36,804 nt of DNA from Clostridia bacterium (GTDB lineage Bacteria; Bacillota; Clostridia; Christensenellales; CAG-917), in contig JAFVYE010000067.1 in the NCBI GenBank assembly GCA_017500745.1, positions 1-36,804 of the forward strand, written 5' to 3'. Positions 8,646-19,469 of this stretch are shown in pieces. The notes beneath the pieces were generated by a model. That model worked only from the letters and a program-made list of their open reading frames with translations. It searched no databases and was not told the DNA's origin. The position numbers and the translations under genes were made by a program. Every line of letters starts with the position of its first letter. Within the stretch, counting starts at the first letter, position 1.

Positions 8646-11081
8646 CTACTTTTGAATGGGTGTGAGGCCCCAAATTCTGTTGGCGTATTCACGGACTGCT
8701 CTGTCCCCTGCAAAGAATCCTGCCTTTGCCACGTTGACCAAGGACATTCTGTTCCATCTTTGCTTGTCAAGATAAGTGTCGTTGATTTTTTGTTGTGCTT
8801 GCTTGTAGGACTCAAAGTCTGCAAGCACCATAAATCCGTCTGCTGTGCCGTGTCTGCCAATGGTCAAGCTGTCTGCGATTTCAGAGAATTGAACACCGCC
8901 AAGTCCTGCACGGAGGGTGTCAATAAGGCGCTTGATTGTGGGGTTGGTTTGATAGTAGTGTGTGGGGTTGTAGCCCTTGCGCCAAAGCTCCTCAACCTCG
9001 TGAGCAAGAAGTCCAAAGAGGAACATATTTTCATCGCCAACGTTCTCATGGATTTCCACGTTTGCGCCGTCCATTGTGCCAATGGTCAATGCGCCGTTGA
9101 TCATAAACTTCATGTTGCCTGTGCCACTTGCTTCCTTGCCTGCAATGGAGATTTGCTCGCTGACTTCTGCTGCGGGCATGATGATTTCTGCAAGGGTCAC
9201 ACGATAGTTTTCAAGGAACACAACCTTGATCTTGTCCTTGACGTCTGGATCGTTGTTGATTACGTTGCCAAGGGTGCAGATGAAGCGGATGATTTGCTTT
9301 GCCATATAATAGGCGCTTGCTGCCTTTGCACCAAAGACAAAGGTGCGGGGCACGATGTCAAGGTTGGGGTTCTCTTTTATGCGGAGATAGAGGTCAAGGA
9401 TGTGGAGTGCGTTCAAAAGTTGACGCTTGTACTCGTGGAGTCGTTTGACCTGCACGTCAAAGATTGAATCGGGATTGACTGTGACGCCGTTGTGTTCAAG
9501 GATATACTTGGCAAGACGCTCCTTGTTTTCTCTCTTGATTGATGCAAGGCGGTCAAGCACTTGGCCGTCCCCCATATAGCGAAGGAGGCCTTGAAGTTCG
9601 GTTGCGTCATTCTTCCAGCCCTCGCCGATAAGTTCGGTGATCATATTTGACAAACCGGGGTTGGCTTGACATACCCATCTACGATGGGTGATGCCGTTGG
9701 TGACGTTTGTAAACTTCTCGGGATGCATACGGTAGTAATCTTGGAAAACGTCCTTTTTCAAGATGTCGCTGTGCAATGCGCTGACGCCGTTGATGGTGTG
9801 TGACGTGGCAAGGCAAAGATTTGCCATGCGCACTTGTCCGTCCCCAAGGATTGCATTGTGGTTGACTGTGTCCCAATTGTTGGGATAGAAGCTCCACAGT
9901 TCCCCGCAGAATCTTTGGTTGATTTCTTGGACGATTTGATAAATTCTGGGAAGCAAACTTTGGAAGAGGTCTTGTGGCCACTTTTCAAGGGCTTCTGCCA
10001 TGACTGTATGGTTGGTGTAGCTGACTGTGTGTGTGACAATATCCCATGCCTTGTCCCAGCTGTATCCGTAGTCATCAAGAAGAATACGCATAAGCTCGGG
10101 GATGCAGAGAGTGGGGTGTGTGTCGTTGATGTGGATTGCCACGCAATCAGCAAGATTGTCCAAAGATTCGTTGGTCTTGAAATGACGCTTGATTATGCTT
10201 TGAATTGATGCTGAAACAAAGAAATATTGTTGTTTCAAGCGGAGTGACTTGCCTTCAATGTGATCATCGGCGGGATAAAGGACCTTGGAGATTGACTCTG
10301 CCATTGCCTTTGCGCTCATTGCTTTGACGTAGTCGCCTTTTGTGAACATGGTCATGTCAAAGTCAACAGGTGCTTTTGATGACCAGAGTCTGATGCGGTT
10401 GACGGTGTCGGTGTTGTAGCCGGAAATACTCATGTCATAAGGCACTGCAAGCACGGACGTGTGGTCGTGTTGAGTGACTTTGAGGTGTCCGTTTTCCCAT
10501 CTTTCTTCAAGGCGTCCGCCAAACTTGACTTCGTAGATTTCTTCAAGACGAGGAGCAAGCCAAACACCGCCCATTTTGAGCCATTCATCAGGTTGTTCAA
10601 GTTGCCAGCCGTCTGCAATGACTTGCTTGAAGATGCCGTAGTCGTACATGATTGAAAATCCGCTTGCTGCATAGTCGCAGGAGGTGAGGGCGTCCATATA
10701 AGCCGCCGCCAAGCGACCAAGACCGCCGTTGCCAAGGCCTGCGTCTGGCTCAAACTCATAGAGTTCATCAAGAGTCATGCCAAGCTCGCCCACTGCCTCT
10801 GCCACCACGTCTGCAATGCCCATATTGAACAAGTGGTTTTTGAGACTTCTGCCAAGGAGGAACTCCATTGACATGTAGTAAACTTGCTTTGCGTTTCTTT
10901 CACGGACTGTCTTTTTGAAGTCAATACGTGTTGAGGTGAGGATATCACGGATTACGGTGCAAGTTGCTCTATAGATTTGAGCTTTTGTTGCGTCCTCTGG
11001 CTTGATGCCAAAGTTGCGTGCCATAACTGCCGCGATTTGCTTTGAAAAATCTTTGCTCTTTTCAAGATAATTTTGTGTCAT
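8646..11081 (-). CDS. glgP: Glycogen/maltodextrin phosphorylase
   Basis: 811 aa. It has GLGNGGLGRLAA and the PLP-lysine context EASGTGNMKFMINGA typical of GT35 phosphorylases. Confidence 0.95.
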   Translation of the reverse strand: MTQNYLEKSKDFSKQIAAVMARNFGIKPEDATKAQIYRATCTVIRDILTSTRIDFKKTVRERNAKQVYYMSMEFLLGRSLKNHLFNMGIADVVAEAVGELGMTLDELYEFEPDAGLGNGGLGRLAAAYMDALTSCDYAASGFSIMYDYGIFKQVIADGWQLEQPDEWLKMGGVWLAPRLEEIYEVKFGGRLEERWENGHLKVTQHDHTSVLAVPYDMSISGYNTDTVNRIRLWSSKAPVDFDMTMFTKGDYVKAMSAKAMAESISKVLYPADDHIEGKSLRLKQQYFFVSASIQSIIKRHFKTNESLDNLADCVAIHINDTHPTLCIPELMRILLDDYGYSWDKAWDIVTHTVSYTNHTVMAEALEKWPQDLFQSLLPRIYQIVQEINQRFCGELWSFYPNNWDTVNHNAILGDGQVRMANLCLATSHTINGVSALHSDILKKDVFQDYYRMHPEKFTNVTNGITHRRWVCQANPGLSNMITELIGEGWKNDATELQGLLRYMGDGQVLDRLASIKRENKERLAKYILEHNGVTVNPDSIFDVQVKRLHEYKRQLLNALHILDLYLRIKENPNLDIVPRTFVFGAKAASAYYMAKQIIRFICTLGNVINNDPDVKDKIKVVFLENYRVTLAEIIMPAAEVSEQISIAGKEASGTGNMKFMINGALTIGTMDGANVEIHENVGDENMFLFGLLAHEVEELWRKGYNPTHYYQTNPTIKRLIDTLRAGLGGVQFSEIADSLTIGRHGTADGFMVLADFESYKQAQQKINDTYLDKQRWNRMSLVNVAKAGFFAGDRAVREYANRIWGLTPIQK

Positions 11082-11167
11082 AACCTTTCCTTTCTTCTCT
11101 CGCTTCCCCCGACCGAGAAAAAAGACGCTGTATTATTTATATCTTATTTTGTTTTGTGTTGGTGTGA

Positions 11168-12592
11168 TTAGATGCTTTTGTAGATTTCAAGATATTTGGT
11201 TGCACTTGCATCCCAGCCGTAGTCCCCAGACATTGCGTTTTCAACCACAGCATTCCAGTTGTCCTTGTCGTGATAGCATGCATATGCTCTCCATATTGCG
11301 TCCAACATGTCGTAGCAGTTGTAGGTTTTAAATGTGAATCCTTTGCCTGTCTTTTGCTCGGGATTGTATGCTTCAACCGTGTCTTTGAGGCCACCTGTTT
11401 CTCTGACAATAGGAATACTGCCATAAGTCATTGCAATCATTTGACTAAGTCCGCAGGGCTCAAACTTTGAAGGCATCAAGAACAAGTCGCTTGCGCCGTA
11501 AAGTTTGCTTGCAAGGTCACTGCTGAATTGGAGTATGCCTCTAAACTTGGTGGGATACTCCTCCTCAACTCTCTTGACAAGGTTTTCATACTTCCAATCT
11601 CCTGTGCCAAGGACAACCATTTGCACGTCTGCCGTCATGATTTCATCAATGACTGATGCCACAAGGTCAAGGCCTTTTTGTTCTGCAAGACGGGTGACCA
11701 TTGCAATCATAGGGCGGTTGTCATCATAGGACAAATTCAAAAGCTCACATATGGCTTTTTTGTTTTCCTTCTTTTTGTCTGCAACCGTGGACTTGTTGTA
11801 GTTGACAAAGAGTGCCTTGTCCTTTGAGGGATCATACAAATTGGTGTCAATGCCGTTGACCACTCCGTGAAGCTTGAAACTGCGCTCACTGAGAATGCCT
11901 TCAAGTCCATAGCTATAGAAGGGATCCATGATTTCGGTTGCGTAGGTTTCGCTGACCGTTGTGACAACGTTGCTACACTCAATCCCCCCCTTCATATAGT
12001 TGACGTATCCGCTGTTGAGCACAAGCTCAACCTTGTCCTCGGGCAAGCCAAGGACGTCTTGAATGAGGTCTGTGCCAAATCTGCCTTGAAACTCAATGTT
12101 GTGGATTGTAAACACCGTCTTAATGTTTTCATATCTTTCATCCTCACGATAGAACACGTCAAGGAACACAGGTGTCAATGCAGAGTGCCAATCGTTGGCG
12201 TGAAGCACGTCAGGATAGAAATCAATGAGCTTGAGGACTTCAAGCACTGCCTTTGAAAAGAAGGCAAATCTCTCGCCGTCATCAAAGTGTCCGTAGAGTC
12301 CTTTGCGCTTGAAATAATACTCGTTGTCAACAAAATAGTAGGTTATACCATCATAAACGGCCTCATAAACCCCACAATATTGTTTTCTCCAGCTGAGATT
12401 AATGTGTGTTGAGCCCACAAAGCGGAAGTTGTTGCTGAAGGTTGATTTGATCTCATCTTTGTAGAAAGGGAGGATGACTCTTGCATCGTGACCTTGCTTC
12501 AAAAACGATTTGGGCAGTGCTCCTGCCACGTCACCAAGACCGCCTGTTCTGATAAAGGGCATTGCCTCTGACGTCACAAACAAAATTTTCAT
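11168..12592 (-). CDS. glgA: Glycogen synthase (ADP-glucose type)
   Basis: MKILFVTSEAMPFIRTGGLGDV N-terminus (KxGGL motif), 474 aa, GT5 architecture. Confidence 0.95.
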   Translation of the reverse strand: MKILFVTSEAMPFIRTGGLGDVAGALPKSFLKQGHDARVILPFYKDEIKSTFSNNFRFVGSTHINLSWRKQYCGVYEAVYDGITYYFVDNEYYFKRKGLYGHFDDGERFAFFSKAVLEVLKLIDFYPDVLHANDWHSALTPVFLDVFYREDERYENIKTVFTIHNIEFQGRFGTDLIQDVLGLPEDKVELVLNSGYVNYMKGGIECSNVVTTVSETYATEIMDPFYSYGLEGILSERSFKLHGVVNGIDTNLYDPSKDKALFVNYNKSTVADKKKENKKAICELLNLSYDDNRPMIAMVTRLAEQKGLDLVASVIDEIMTADVQMVVLGTGDWKYENLVKRVEEEYPTKFRGILQFSSDLASKLYGASDLFLMPSKFEPCGLSQMIAMTYGSIPIVRETGGLKDTVEAYNPEQKTGKGFTFKTYNCYDMLDAIWRAYACYHDKDNWNAVVENAMSGDYGWDASATKYLEIYKSI

Positions 12593-12613
12593 ATTTGGCT
12601 CCTTTTATTTGCC

Positions 12614-13729
12614 TTAAATTACTTTGCCTTTGACGACAACCATAGGATAGGTGTCGTGACCGCTGAGATGACGTCCTTCCTTGATGATGACGTCCTTGTC
12701 TGTGATGGTGTAGTCAAGGGATGCGTTTTCCATGATGATGCCGTCCTCCATGACGATGGAGTTGCGCACCACCGCTCCCTTTCCAACCTTTACGCTACGG
12801 AACAAAATGCTGTTTTCAACCGTGCCTTCAATGACGCAACCATCTGCGATGATGCTGTTTTTGACAGATGCGTCTACGCCGTATCTTGCAGGCACGCTGT
12901 CCTTGACCTTGGTGAGAATTGTTGAATGCTTGTAGAACAAGCTCTCTCTGACTTTGGGGTCAAGCAGTTCCATGCTGTGTTTGAAATATGAAGGAATGCG
13001 ATCAATGACTGCCACGTATTCCTTAACCTCGTAGCTCATGACGTACAAGCTGTCAAGACTCTTTTGGAGGATATCCTTTTCAAAGTCGTCATAGCCGTAG
13101 GCGTATGCGTTGTCAACAAGAGAAATGAGCAAATCCTTCTTGACAAAGTACACGTTGAGGTTGCAAAGTTGACTGCCTTTGTCGGTGTCAACTGCCATGC
13201 GCATATCCTTGATTCGCTTGTTTTTATCTGTTGCAACAACAATTTTTCTGTTGTTGGGATCATCCACCTTGTAGGTGAGCACGGTCACGTCTGCGCCCTT
13301 TTCAATGTGGAATCTTTCAACCTCGTCAAAGTCAATGTTGAATGCGATGTTGGTGTTGGCAATGACAACGTACTCCTCGCTGGCTTCAAGCATAAATCCA
13401 CGGGTTGTATAGAGTGCCTCAATCTTGCCCTTGTACACGTCGTGGGAGCTGTTGAAAACGTAAGGAGGATAGACGGAGATACCGCCGTTTTTTCTGTTCA
13501 AATCCCAATCTCTACCTTGACGGATATGGTCCATCAATGAGTTGTAGTTGTTTTTGGTGATGATGCCAATTTTTGTGATGTTTGCGCTGACCAAGTTGGA
13601 GAGAGCAAAGTCAATAAGACGATATCTTCCACCAAAGGGCAATGATGCTGTGGTGCGGTGGATTGTAAGGTCGTTGAGATGACTTTCTGCATCAGCGGCA
13701 AAAAGAATTGCCATTGTGTTGTTTTTCAT
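12614..13729 (-). CDS. glgD: Glucose-1-phosphate adenylyltransferase regulatory subunit GlgD
   Basis: Paralog of GlgC (FGGRYRLIDFALSN, C-terminal left-handed beta-helix repeats). It lacks the GGxGxRL N-terminal motif and sits in the glgC-glgD-glgA order typical of Firmicutes. Confidence 0.85.
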   Translation of the reverse strand: MKNNTMAILFAADAESHLNDLTIHRTTASLPFGGRYRLIDFALSNLVSANITKIGIITKNNYNSLMDHIRQGRDWDLNRKNGGISVYPPYVFNSSHDVYKGKIEALYTTRGFMLEASEEYVVIANTNIAFNIDFDEVERFHIEKGADVTVLTYKVDDPNNRKIVVATDKNKRIKDMRMAVDTDKGSQLCNLNVYFVKKDLLISLVDNAYAYGYDDFEKDILQKSLDSLYVMSYEVKEYVAVIDRIPSYFKHSMELLDPKVRESLFYKHSTILTKVKDSVPARYGVDASVKNSIIADGCVIEGTVENSILFRSVKVGKGAVVRNSIVMEDGIIMENASLDYTITDKDVIIKEGRHLSGHDTYPMVVVKGKVI

Positions 13730-13738
13730 ATTTCCCTC

Positions 13739-14944
13739 CTAACCTATCATTTCATTTGCGCCGACGGTTGCGCCTTCGGCAAGCTCGTACTTGGGTGCAA
13801 TGACGCTGATCTTCCACTCGCCGGGTCTGCACTCATCAAGAGTTTCGCCAACCATAGCGTTTTTGCCAATCTTTGCATCCCAGCCGATGATTGAATATCT
13901 CACGTCTGCCCCTTCCTCAATGACTGCGCCGGGCATGACGATTGAGCCCTCAACGTAGGCGCCCTTGCCAATGTAAACCGATGATGAAATCACGCTGTCT
14001 TTGACTGTGCCATGGACTATTGTACCTTCACTGATCAAGGAGTGTTGCACCTTGCCTGTTGATGAAACAAAGTGAGGGGGCTCTGCCATGTTTCTTGCAT
14101 AGATCTTCCATCTGTCGTCATCAAGATTGAGTCCGCTTTCGGCGTTGTTCAAGATGTCCATGTTGGCTTCCCAAAGGGAAGAAATTGTGCCAACGTCCTT
14201 CCAATAGCCATCAAAGCGATAGGCAAACATCCTTTGACCATCGTTGAGCATGTTGGGGATGATGTTTTTGCCAAAGTCGTTTTCGCTGTTGGGATTCTCC
14301 TCATCTGCGATGAGATATTTGCGGAGCTTCTCCCAAGTGAAAATGTAGATGCCCATTGATGCCTTGTTGCTTCTGGGGTGCTTGGGTTTTTCCTCAAATT
14401 CCTCAATTTGATTGGTCTTGCCTTTGAGGTTTAAGATGCCAAAACGGCTTGCTTCCTCCATGGGCACTTCAAGGACGGCAATGGTGCAATCTGCTCTGTT
14501 CTCTTTGTGTTCACGGAGCATATCTGCGTAATCCATTTTGTAGATGTGATCGCCAGAAAGCAACACAACGTACTCTGGATCATAGTTGTCAATGAAATCA
14601 ATGTTTTGATAGATTGCGTTGGCGGTGCCCTTGTACCACTCACCAGACTTTGCTCTCATAAAGGGAGGCAAAATGTAGATGCCACCATTGAGACGGTCAA
14701 GGTCCCAAGGTTGACCGTTGCCTATGTATTGGTGCAGTTCAAAGGGACGATATTGTGTGAGGACACCTATGGTGTCTATACCGCTGTTGACACAGTTTGA
14801 CAACGGAAAGTCAATTATGCGGTACTTTGCGCCAAAAGGCACTGCAGGTTTTGCTACGTCATTGGTCAACACACCAAGTCGTGTGCCTTGACCGCCTGCA
14901 AGTAGCATTGCAATGCACTCCTTCTTTTTGCTGTTAATGCTCAT
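13739..14944 (-). CDS. glgC: Glucose-1-phosphate adenylyltransferase
   Basis: [28 protein letters not shown] and [10 protein letters not shown] motifs. 401 aa. Confidence 0.95.
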   Translation of the reverse strand: MSINSKKKECIAMLLAGGQGTRLGVLTNDVAKPAVPFGAKYRIIDFPLSNCVNSGIDTIGVLTQYRPFELHQYIGNGQPWDLDRLNGGIYILPPFMRAKSGEWYKGTANAIYQNIDFIDNYDPEYVVLLSGDHIYKMDYADMLREHKENRADCTIAVLEVPMEEASRFGILNLKGKTNQIEEFEEKPKHPRSNKASMGIYIFTWEKLRKYLIADEENPNSENDFGKNIIPNMLNDGQRMFAYRFDGYWKDVGTISSLWEANMDILNNAESGLNLDDDRWKIYARNMAEPPHFVSSTGKVQHSLISEGTIVHGTVKDSVISSSVYIGKGAYVEGSIVMPGAVIEEGADVRYSIIGWDAKIGKNAMVGETLDECRPGEWKISVIAPKYELAEGATVGANEMIG

Positions 14945-16835
14945 TTTTTTCCTCCTTATCCTCGGGTATCAAGATCATAACCGAGTTTTTGGGTATATTC
15001 ACCTTGATTGAATAGGGGTGTGAGTGGGAGGGTCTGCCCGTTGCTCTAAAGCTGGGACGGCGCTCCTCCTCTCCACCATACTTTTTGAGAGCAGAATAGA
15101 GCTCTGCTCTATAAGTTTTCTTTTCGGGCACGCCCATGACGTACTTGTTGCGCTCCACAGGGGAGAAGTTGACCACCACGATGACGTACTTGCCGTCTGC
15201 AGAGGAACGGATGTATGACACAACGTTGTTTTCATTGTCGTCAACAACTATCCACTTGAATCCATCATAAGTTGAGTCAAGTTGCCACAGCTCCTTGTGT
15301 TCAAGATAAAAGTGGTTCATGTCCTTGACAAATTTTCTGAATGAGTTGTGTCTTGGGTAGTCAAGCAAGAACCAATCAAGCTCTTGATTGTAGTTCCATT
15401 CAATGAATTGAGCAAACTCGTTGCCCATAAAGGACAACTTTTTGCCGGGATAAGTCATCTTGTAGCCGTAAAACGCTTTGAGTCCTTCAAACTTCTGGTC
15501 ATAGTCGCCGGGGGTTTTGTTGATCATACTGCACTTTCCGTGGACAACTTCATCGTGAGAGATGGGCAAAATGTAATTTTCGGAATATGCATACGTGATG
15601 CCAAAGGTCACAGCGTTGTGGTTGTCCTTGCGGAAGAAAGGATCAAGTGAAAGATATCGGAGATTGTCGTTCATCCAGCCCATATTCCACTTGAAATTGA
15701 AGCCCAAACCACCCATATACGGGGGCTTTGTCACCATGGGATATGCCGTTGACTCCTCTGCAATTGTGATTGCGCCTTGGTGCTTTGACAGAATTGCGCT
15801 GTTCATCTTTTGCAAAAACTCTTTGGCTTCAAGATTGTAGTTTCCGCCGTTTTTGTTGGGGACCCAATCCCCTTCGTTTCTGCCGTAGTCAAGATAGAGC
15901 ATGCTGGCAACTGCGTCACAACGGATGCCGTCAATGTGATAGAGGTCAAACCAGAACATCGCTGCAGAAATCAAAAAACTCTTGACTTCGTTTTTGCCAA
16001 AGTCATAGACCAAAGTGCCCCACTCTTTGTGCTCTCCCTTGCGAGGATCTGCATATTCGTATAGAGGTGTGCCGTCAAACTTGGCAAGGCCGTGTTGATC
16101 ACGAGGGAAGTGTGCAAGAACCCAGTCAAGAATTACGCCTATTCCTGAGCGGTGACAGCGGTCAATAAACTCCATAAGATCGTCTGGTGTGCCAAAGCGT
16201 GAAGTGGGTGCAAACATGCCCGTGCATTGATATCCCCAACTGCCGTCAAAGGGGTACTCTGTCAAAGGCATAAATTCAATGTGAGTGTAGCCCATCTTTT
16301 TGACGTAAGGGATGAGCTCGTCTGCAAGTGCTTTGTATGAGTAGTAGTTGCCGTCAGGATAGCGCTTCCAACTGCCTGCATGAACTTCATAGATGTTCAT
16401 GGGAGAGCCATAAGGATTGTGGCTGGCACGGTTTTTCATCCACTTGCCGTCCTTCCAATGATGCTTTGTCACGTCATACAGCTTTGATGCGTTGGCAGGT
16501 GCTGTTTCAAAATGGGTTGCATAGGGGTCACACTTGAAAACCGTGTTGCCCTCTTGGTCGGTCACAGCAAATTTGTAATTTGCATATTGTTCAAGACCAG
16601 GGACAAAAGTGCGCCACACGCCGTCATACTCCTTGAGCATGGGTGTGGCACTTGCATCCCAATTGTTGAAATCGCCAACTACTGATACGCAGGTTGCGTT
16701 GGGCGCCCAAACAGCAAAACTCCACCCCTCAACTCCGTCCTGTGTTTCGGGATAGGGGCAAAACATTTTGTACGCCTCGTAGTTGGTGCCTTCATGAAAA
16801 AGGTATGTTTGAAAACCATCTTTTGTTCTGGACAT
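14934..16835 (-). CDS. glgB: 1,4-alpha-glucan branching enzyme
   Basis: 633 aa, CBM48-type N-terminus, GH13 regions ([36 protein letters not shown]). Overlaps glgC by 11 nt. Confidence 0.95.
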   Translation of the reverse strand: MSRTKDGFQTYLFHEGTNYEAYKMFCPYPETQDGVEGWSFAVWAPNATCVSVVGDFNNWDASATPMLKEYDGVWRTFVPGLEQYANYKFAVTDQEGNTVFKCDPYATHFETAPANASKLYDVTKHHWKDGKWMKNRASHNPYGSPMNIYEVHAGSWKRYPDGNYYSYKALADELIPYVKKMGYTHIEFMPLTEYPFDGSWGYQCTGMFAPTSRFGTPDDLMEFIDRCHRSGIGVILDWVLAHFPRDQHGLAKFDGTPLYEYADPRKGEHKEWGTLVYDFGKNEVKSFLISAAMFWFDLYHIDGIRCDAVASMLYLDYGRNEGDWVPNKNGGNYNLEAKEFLQKMNSAILSKHQGAITIAEESTAYPMVTKPPYMGGLGFNFKWNMGWMNDNLRYLSLDPFFRKDNHNAVTFGITYAYSENYILPISHDEVVHGKCSMINKTPGDYDQKFEGLKAFYGYKMTYPGKKLSFMGNEFAQFIEWNYNQELDWFLLDYPRHNSFRKFVKDMNHFYLEHKELWQLDSTYDGFKWIVVDDNENNVVSYIRSSADGKYVIVVVNFSPVERNKYVMGVPEKKTYRAELYSALKKYGGEEERRPSFRATGRPSHSHPYSIKVNIPKNSVMILIPEDKEEKNEH

Positions 16836-16863
16836 GATGTTCTCCTAATAACTTTATAAAAGC

Positions 16864-16892
16864 ATTATATCAAATATAAGTTTGGAGTACAA
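16864..16892 (-). promoter_or_regulatory. Sigma-A promoter of the glg operon
   Basis: On the minus strand: TTGTAC (16892-16887), 17 nt, TG-extended TATAAT (16869-16864). SD AGGAG lies ahead of the ATG at 16835. Confidence 0.55.
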
Positions 16893-17027
16893 TAGCAAAA
16901 AACAAGTTTTTTTGCAAATTTTGAAGAAAAAGTGGGTTGATTTTTTGAAAATTTGTAAAAAATGATAGTCAAAAATCGCAAATTTGTAAACTTTTGCGTT
17001 TTTTGTAAGTTTTTTGAAAATGTGGTT

Positions 17028-17810
17028 TTAAATGGATTTTGTCAAATATTTGTCAAAGCCACAGACTTGGTCAAACACCTTTTTGGCCTCATCGTAACCT
17101 TCAAACACGGCAAACATCGTGCTTCCGCTTCCGCTCATTCCAACGTCTGTTGCGCCCAACTTTTCAAGTTGATTTCTTGCCTCAATCACCGCTGGATTGA
17201 GTGCTCTTGCACTCTTTTCAAGATGATTTTCTCTCTTTCCATAAGTTTCAAAACCAATTTGATCAAAAGTGCGATAGGCCTCTCCGCTGTCCACCCCACC
17301 TTTTACAAGCATGACAAAGTGCTTTTTGATTTTTTCAAGGGGAGTCACGTCCTCGCCAACACCTCTTACAAAGTTGTGTCCGCCACGATACACAACGGGT
17401 ATGTCGCTGGCGATACTCAACAAAAATCGGTCATCTAAACGAGTATTTTTCAATTGTTCAAGGGCTTTGAGCACTCCAACAACTGCCGTTGACGAGCCAC
17501 CAATTCCTGCGCCAAGGGGCACGTTTTTTTCAACAACTATCTTGGCGTTGACCTCTCCAAACTCATCAACAAACCTGTCAACCGCCCTTTCAATCACAGG
17601 GCGAAAACGGCACTCATCAAAGTCACTCAAAGTGGATGTAAACTCAAGCTCCACCCCGCCGTTTGTCCGTTCCACATAGGACACAACGTCAAAGAGGTCA
17701 ACTGCAACAGTTTCCATTTCAAGAGTATGCAAACCCGCCCTTGCTCCCGTAATTTTGAGAGAAAGGTTGACCTTGGCTGGTGTATATATGGTGCCTTGTT
17801 TCATATCCAT
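17028..17810 (-). CDS. ispE: 4-diphosphocytidyl-2-C-methyl-D-erythritol kinase
   Basis: PAKVNLSLKI N-terminal signature and the GHMP kinase motif PLGAGIGGSSTAVV. Confidence 0.9.
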   Translation of the reverse strand: MDMKQGTIYTPAKVNLSLKITGARAGLHTLEMETVAVDLFDVVSYVERTNGGVELEFTSTLSDFDECRFRPVIERAVDRFVDEFGEVNAKIVVEKNVPLGAGIGGSSTAVVGVLKALEQLKNTRLDDRFLLSIASDIPVVYRGGHNFVRGVGEDVTPLEKIKKHFVMLVKGGVDSGEAYRTFDQIGFETYGKRENHLEKSARALNPAVIEARNQLEKLGATDVGMSGSGSTMFAVFEGYDEAKKVFDQVCGFDKYLTKSI

Positions 17811-17816
17811 ACATTT

Positions 17817-17845
17817 AATATACCACTTTTCGCACCGATTTTCAA
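17817..17845 (-). promoter_or_regulatory. Sigma-A promoter of ispE with leaderless geometry
   Basis: On the minus strand: TTGAAA (17845-17840), 17 nt, TG-extended TATATT (17822-17817), 6 nt, ATG at 17810. No SD. Confidence 0.55.
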
Positions 17846-17921
17846 CGCTTGTGCACGAAATTGATTTGTTTTGTCATACTCTCACTCCGCTCTGCATAAT
17901 GTTTACAAAACGGAGGCGATT

Positions 17922-19379
17922 ATGTTTGGATATGAAAAATTTGATACAATTTCAACCCGCTTTTTGACACCTGTCACTCGGGTTGTTGAATTTGTGCCCA
18001 GAGGCATTGACGGGCCTTACAAAGTTTTGTCGCTGTCTGCCTCGGTGGTGCCTGTTGCAACCAGCGTTGGAGACGGATATATTGACGTCAACGGACGGGT
18101 GGACTTCAAGCTTGTTTACGTTGATCTTAACGGAGGTGTAAATGGCGCAAGCTACAACGCAGACTTTGCCGTGCGCATTGATGGCGACCTTCGTTCAAGC
18201 GACCGCTGTGACGTTGCATTGAGTGTTGTTGAGTGTCAAGCAAAAACCGCAAGCGCTCTGACTTTGTCTGCCGTGTTGAAGGTGGAGGGCATTGTCACCA
18301 GCGTCACAACGATTGAACCATTGGTGGAGGCAGAAAACAGCTTTTCAACCAGCAAGGTTTTGACACTTCCAACCCCTGCTTATAATATGACTCACGGCTT
18401 TTTTGTTGATGAGGAAACATCGGTCAAAGACGTTGACAAAATACTGTCACTTGACACAAAGTGCGGTTTGACAAGTCAAAAAGTGATGGATAAACGCCTT
18501 GTTTTGACATTTGACACAACTGCTATTGTCACATATCTTGAGGAGGGTGACATACACACAGCCACCTTCAACGTGACCAGCGAGGAGTGCATTGACCGTG
18601 ATGACGTTGACCAAAACGACCACGTGCTTGCTTTGCCATACGTCAAAAATGCTCGCATCGTTCTCCATGGTGTCACAGGAGAAAACGTCATCAAGTTTGA
18701 GGGAGAAATTGGTGTGAATATATCTGCAAATCGCCTTGTTGAAGCAGAGGTAATTGAGGACGTGTTTTCACTTTCATACGAAACGAACGTAACCAAAAAC
18801 AGCTTTGACTCGGTTGCGTATTCTGGGGAGAATTTTTACACCGAAAGGATATTTGGACAGGTGGATTTGCCCTCTCCTTGCGCCCTTGTTGCCCTGCCTA
18901 CGTCAAGGATTGTGGTGGCAAAAACAACCACCGAAAATGGGCTCTCAATTGAGGGCGTTGCCTACTGCGACATCATATATTCAACCGATGACGGACTGTC
19001 AGCGGTGTGTGCAGAAGTGCCCTTTTCATTGCCCATTGACTGCAATTTTGATGGAGATATAATCCCCTATGCCACAATCCTTGACACCGCTGTAAAAATC
19101 AAGGGGGACGTGGCAGAGATCAATATGTTGATTGAAGTGCAGACAGCCCTTTACGGCCACTACAACGGCTCATATATTGCAGAGGTTGAATTGGGCGCAG
19201 AAAAGGAGGTCAACCGCTCTGGATTGTCAATGTACGTGGCAGATGAGGGAGATGGTCTTTGGGAGGTGTGCAAAGCACTCACAGCCACTCCAAAAGAGAT
19301 CAACGAGCAAAACCCCAATCTCAACTTTCCTCTTCGCTTTGGCGAAAAGGTGCTGTACTTCCGCAGGATAGCCAAGTGA
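17922..19379 (+). CDS. DUF3794/SPOCS-like repeat protein with C-terminal LysM domain
   Basis: GGAGG (17912-17916) lies 5 nt before the ATG at 17922. The C-terminus MYVADEGDGLWEVCKALTATPKEINEQNPNLNFPLRFGEKVLYF fits the LysM pattern. The DUF3794 assignment is from recollection of the family architecture only. Confidence 0.6.
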   Translation: MFGYEKFDTISTRFLTPVTRVVEFVPRGIDGPYKVLSLSASVVPVATSVGDGYIDVNGRVDFKLVYVDLNGGVNGASYNADFAVRIDGDLRSSDRCDVALSVVECQAKTASALTLSAVLKVEGIVTSVTTIEPLVEAENSFSTSKVLTLPTPAYNMTHGFFVDEETSVKDVDKILSLDTKCGLTSQKVMDKRLVLTFDTTAIVTYLEEGDIHTATFNVTSEECIDRDDVDQNDHVLALPYVKNARIVLHGVTGENVIKFEGEIGVNISANRLVEAEVIEDVFSLSYETNVTKNSFDSVAYSGENFYTERIFGQVDLPSPCALVALPTSRIVVAKTTTENGLSIEGVAYCDIIYSTDDGLSAVCAEVPFSLPIDCNFDGDIIPYATILDTAVKIKGDVAEINMLIEVQTALYGHYNGSYIAEVELGAEKEVNRSGLSMYVADEGDGLWEVCKALTATPKEINEQNPNLNFPLRFGEKVLYFRRIAK

Positions 19380-19426
19380 GATGAGCTGTTGTCACTCTTG
19401 ACTATATTTGAAATACGGCATACAAA

Positions 19427-19450
19427 AAAGGCACTCATTTGAGTGCCTTT
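19427..19450. terminator. Bidirectional intrinsic terminator between convergent genes
   Basis: AAAGGCACTC (19427-19436), loop ATTT, GAGTGCCTTT (19441-19450). Flanked by an A-run and a T-rich run. Confidence 0.7.
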
Positions 19451-19469
19451 CGTGTTGTAAAAGATTAGT

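Noticed and set aside
8622-9467. Long antisense ORFs inside real genes, for example 8622-9467 (+) in glgP, 21612-22196 (+) in the ATPase, 3168-3860 (-) out of frame in the peptidase, 7623-8153 (-), 13064-13540 (+) and 17311-17679 (+).
   Set aside because: They lie entirely within strongly supported CDSs and have Cys/His/Val-rich or low-complexity shadow-frame composition with no start context. They are typical shadow ORFs.
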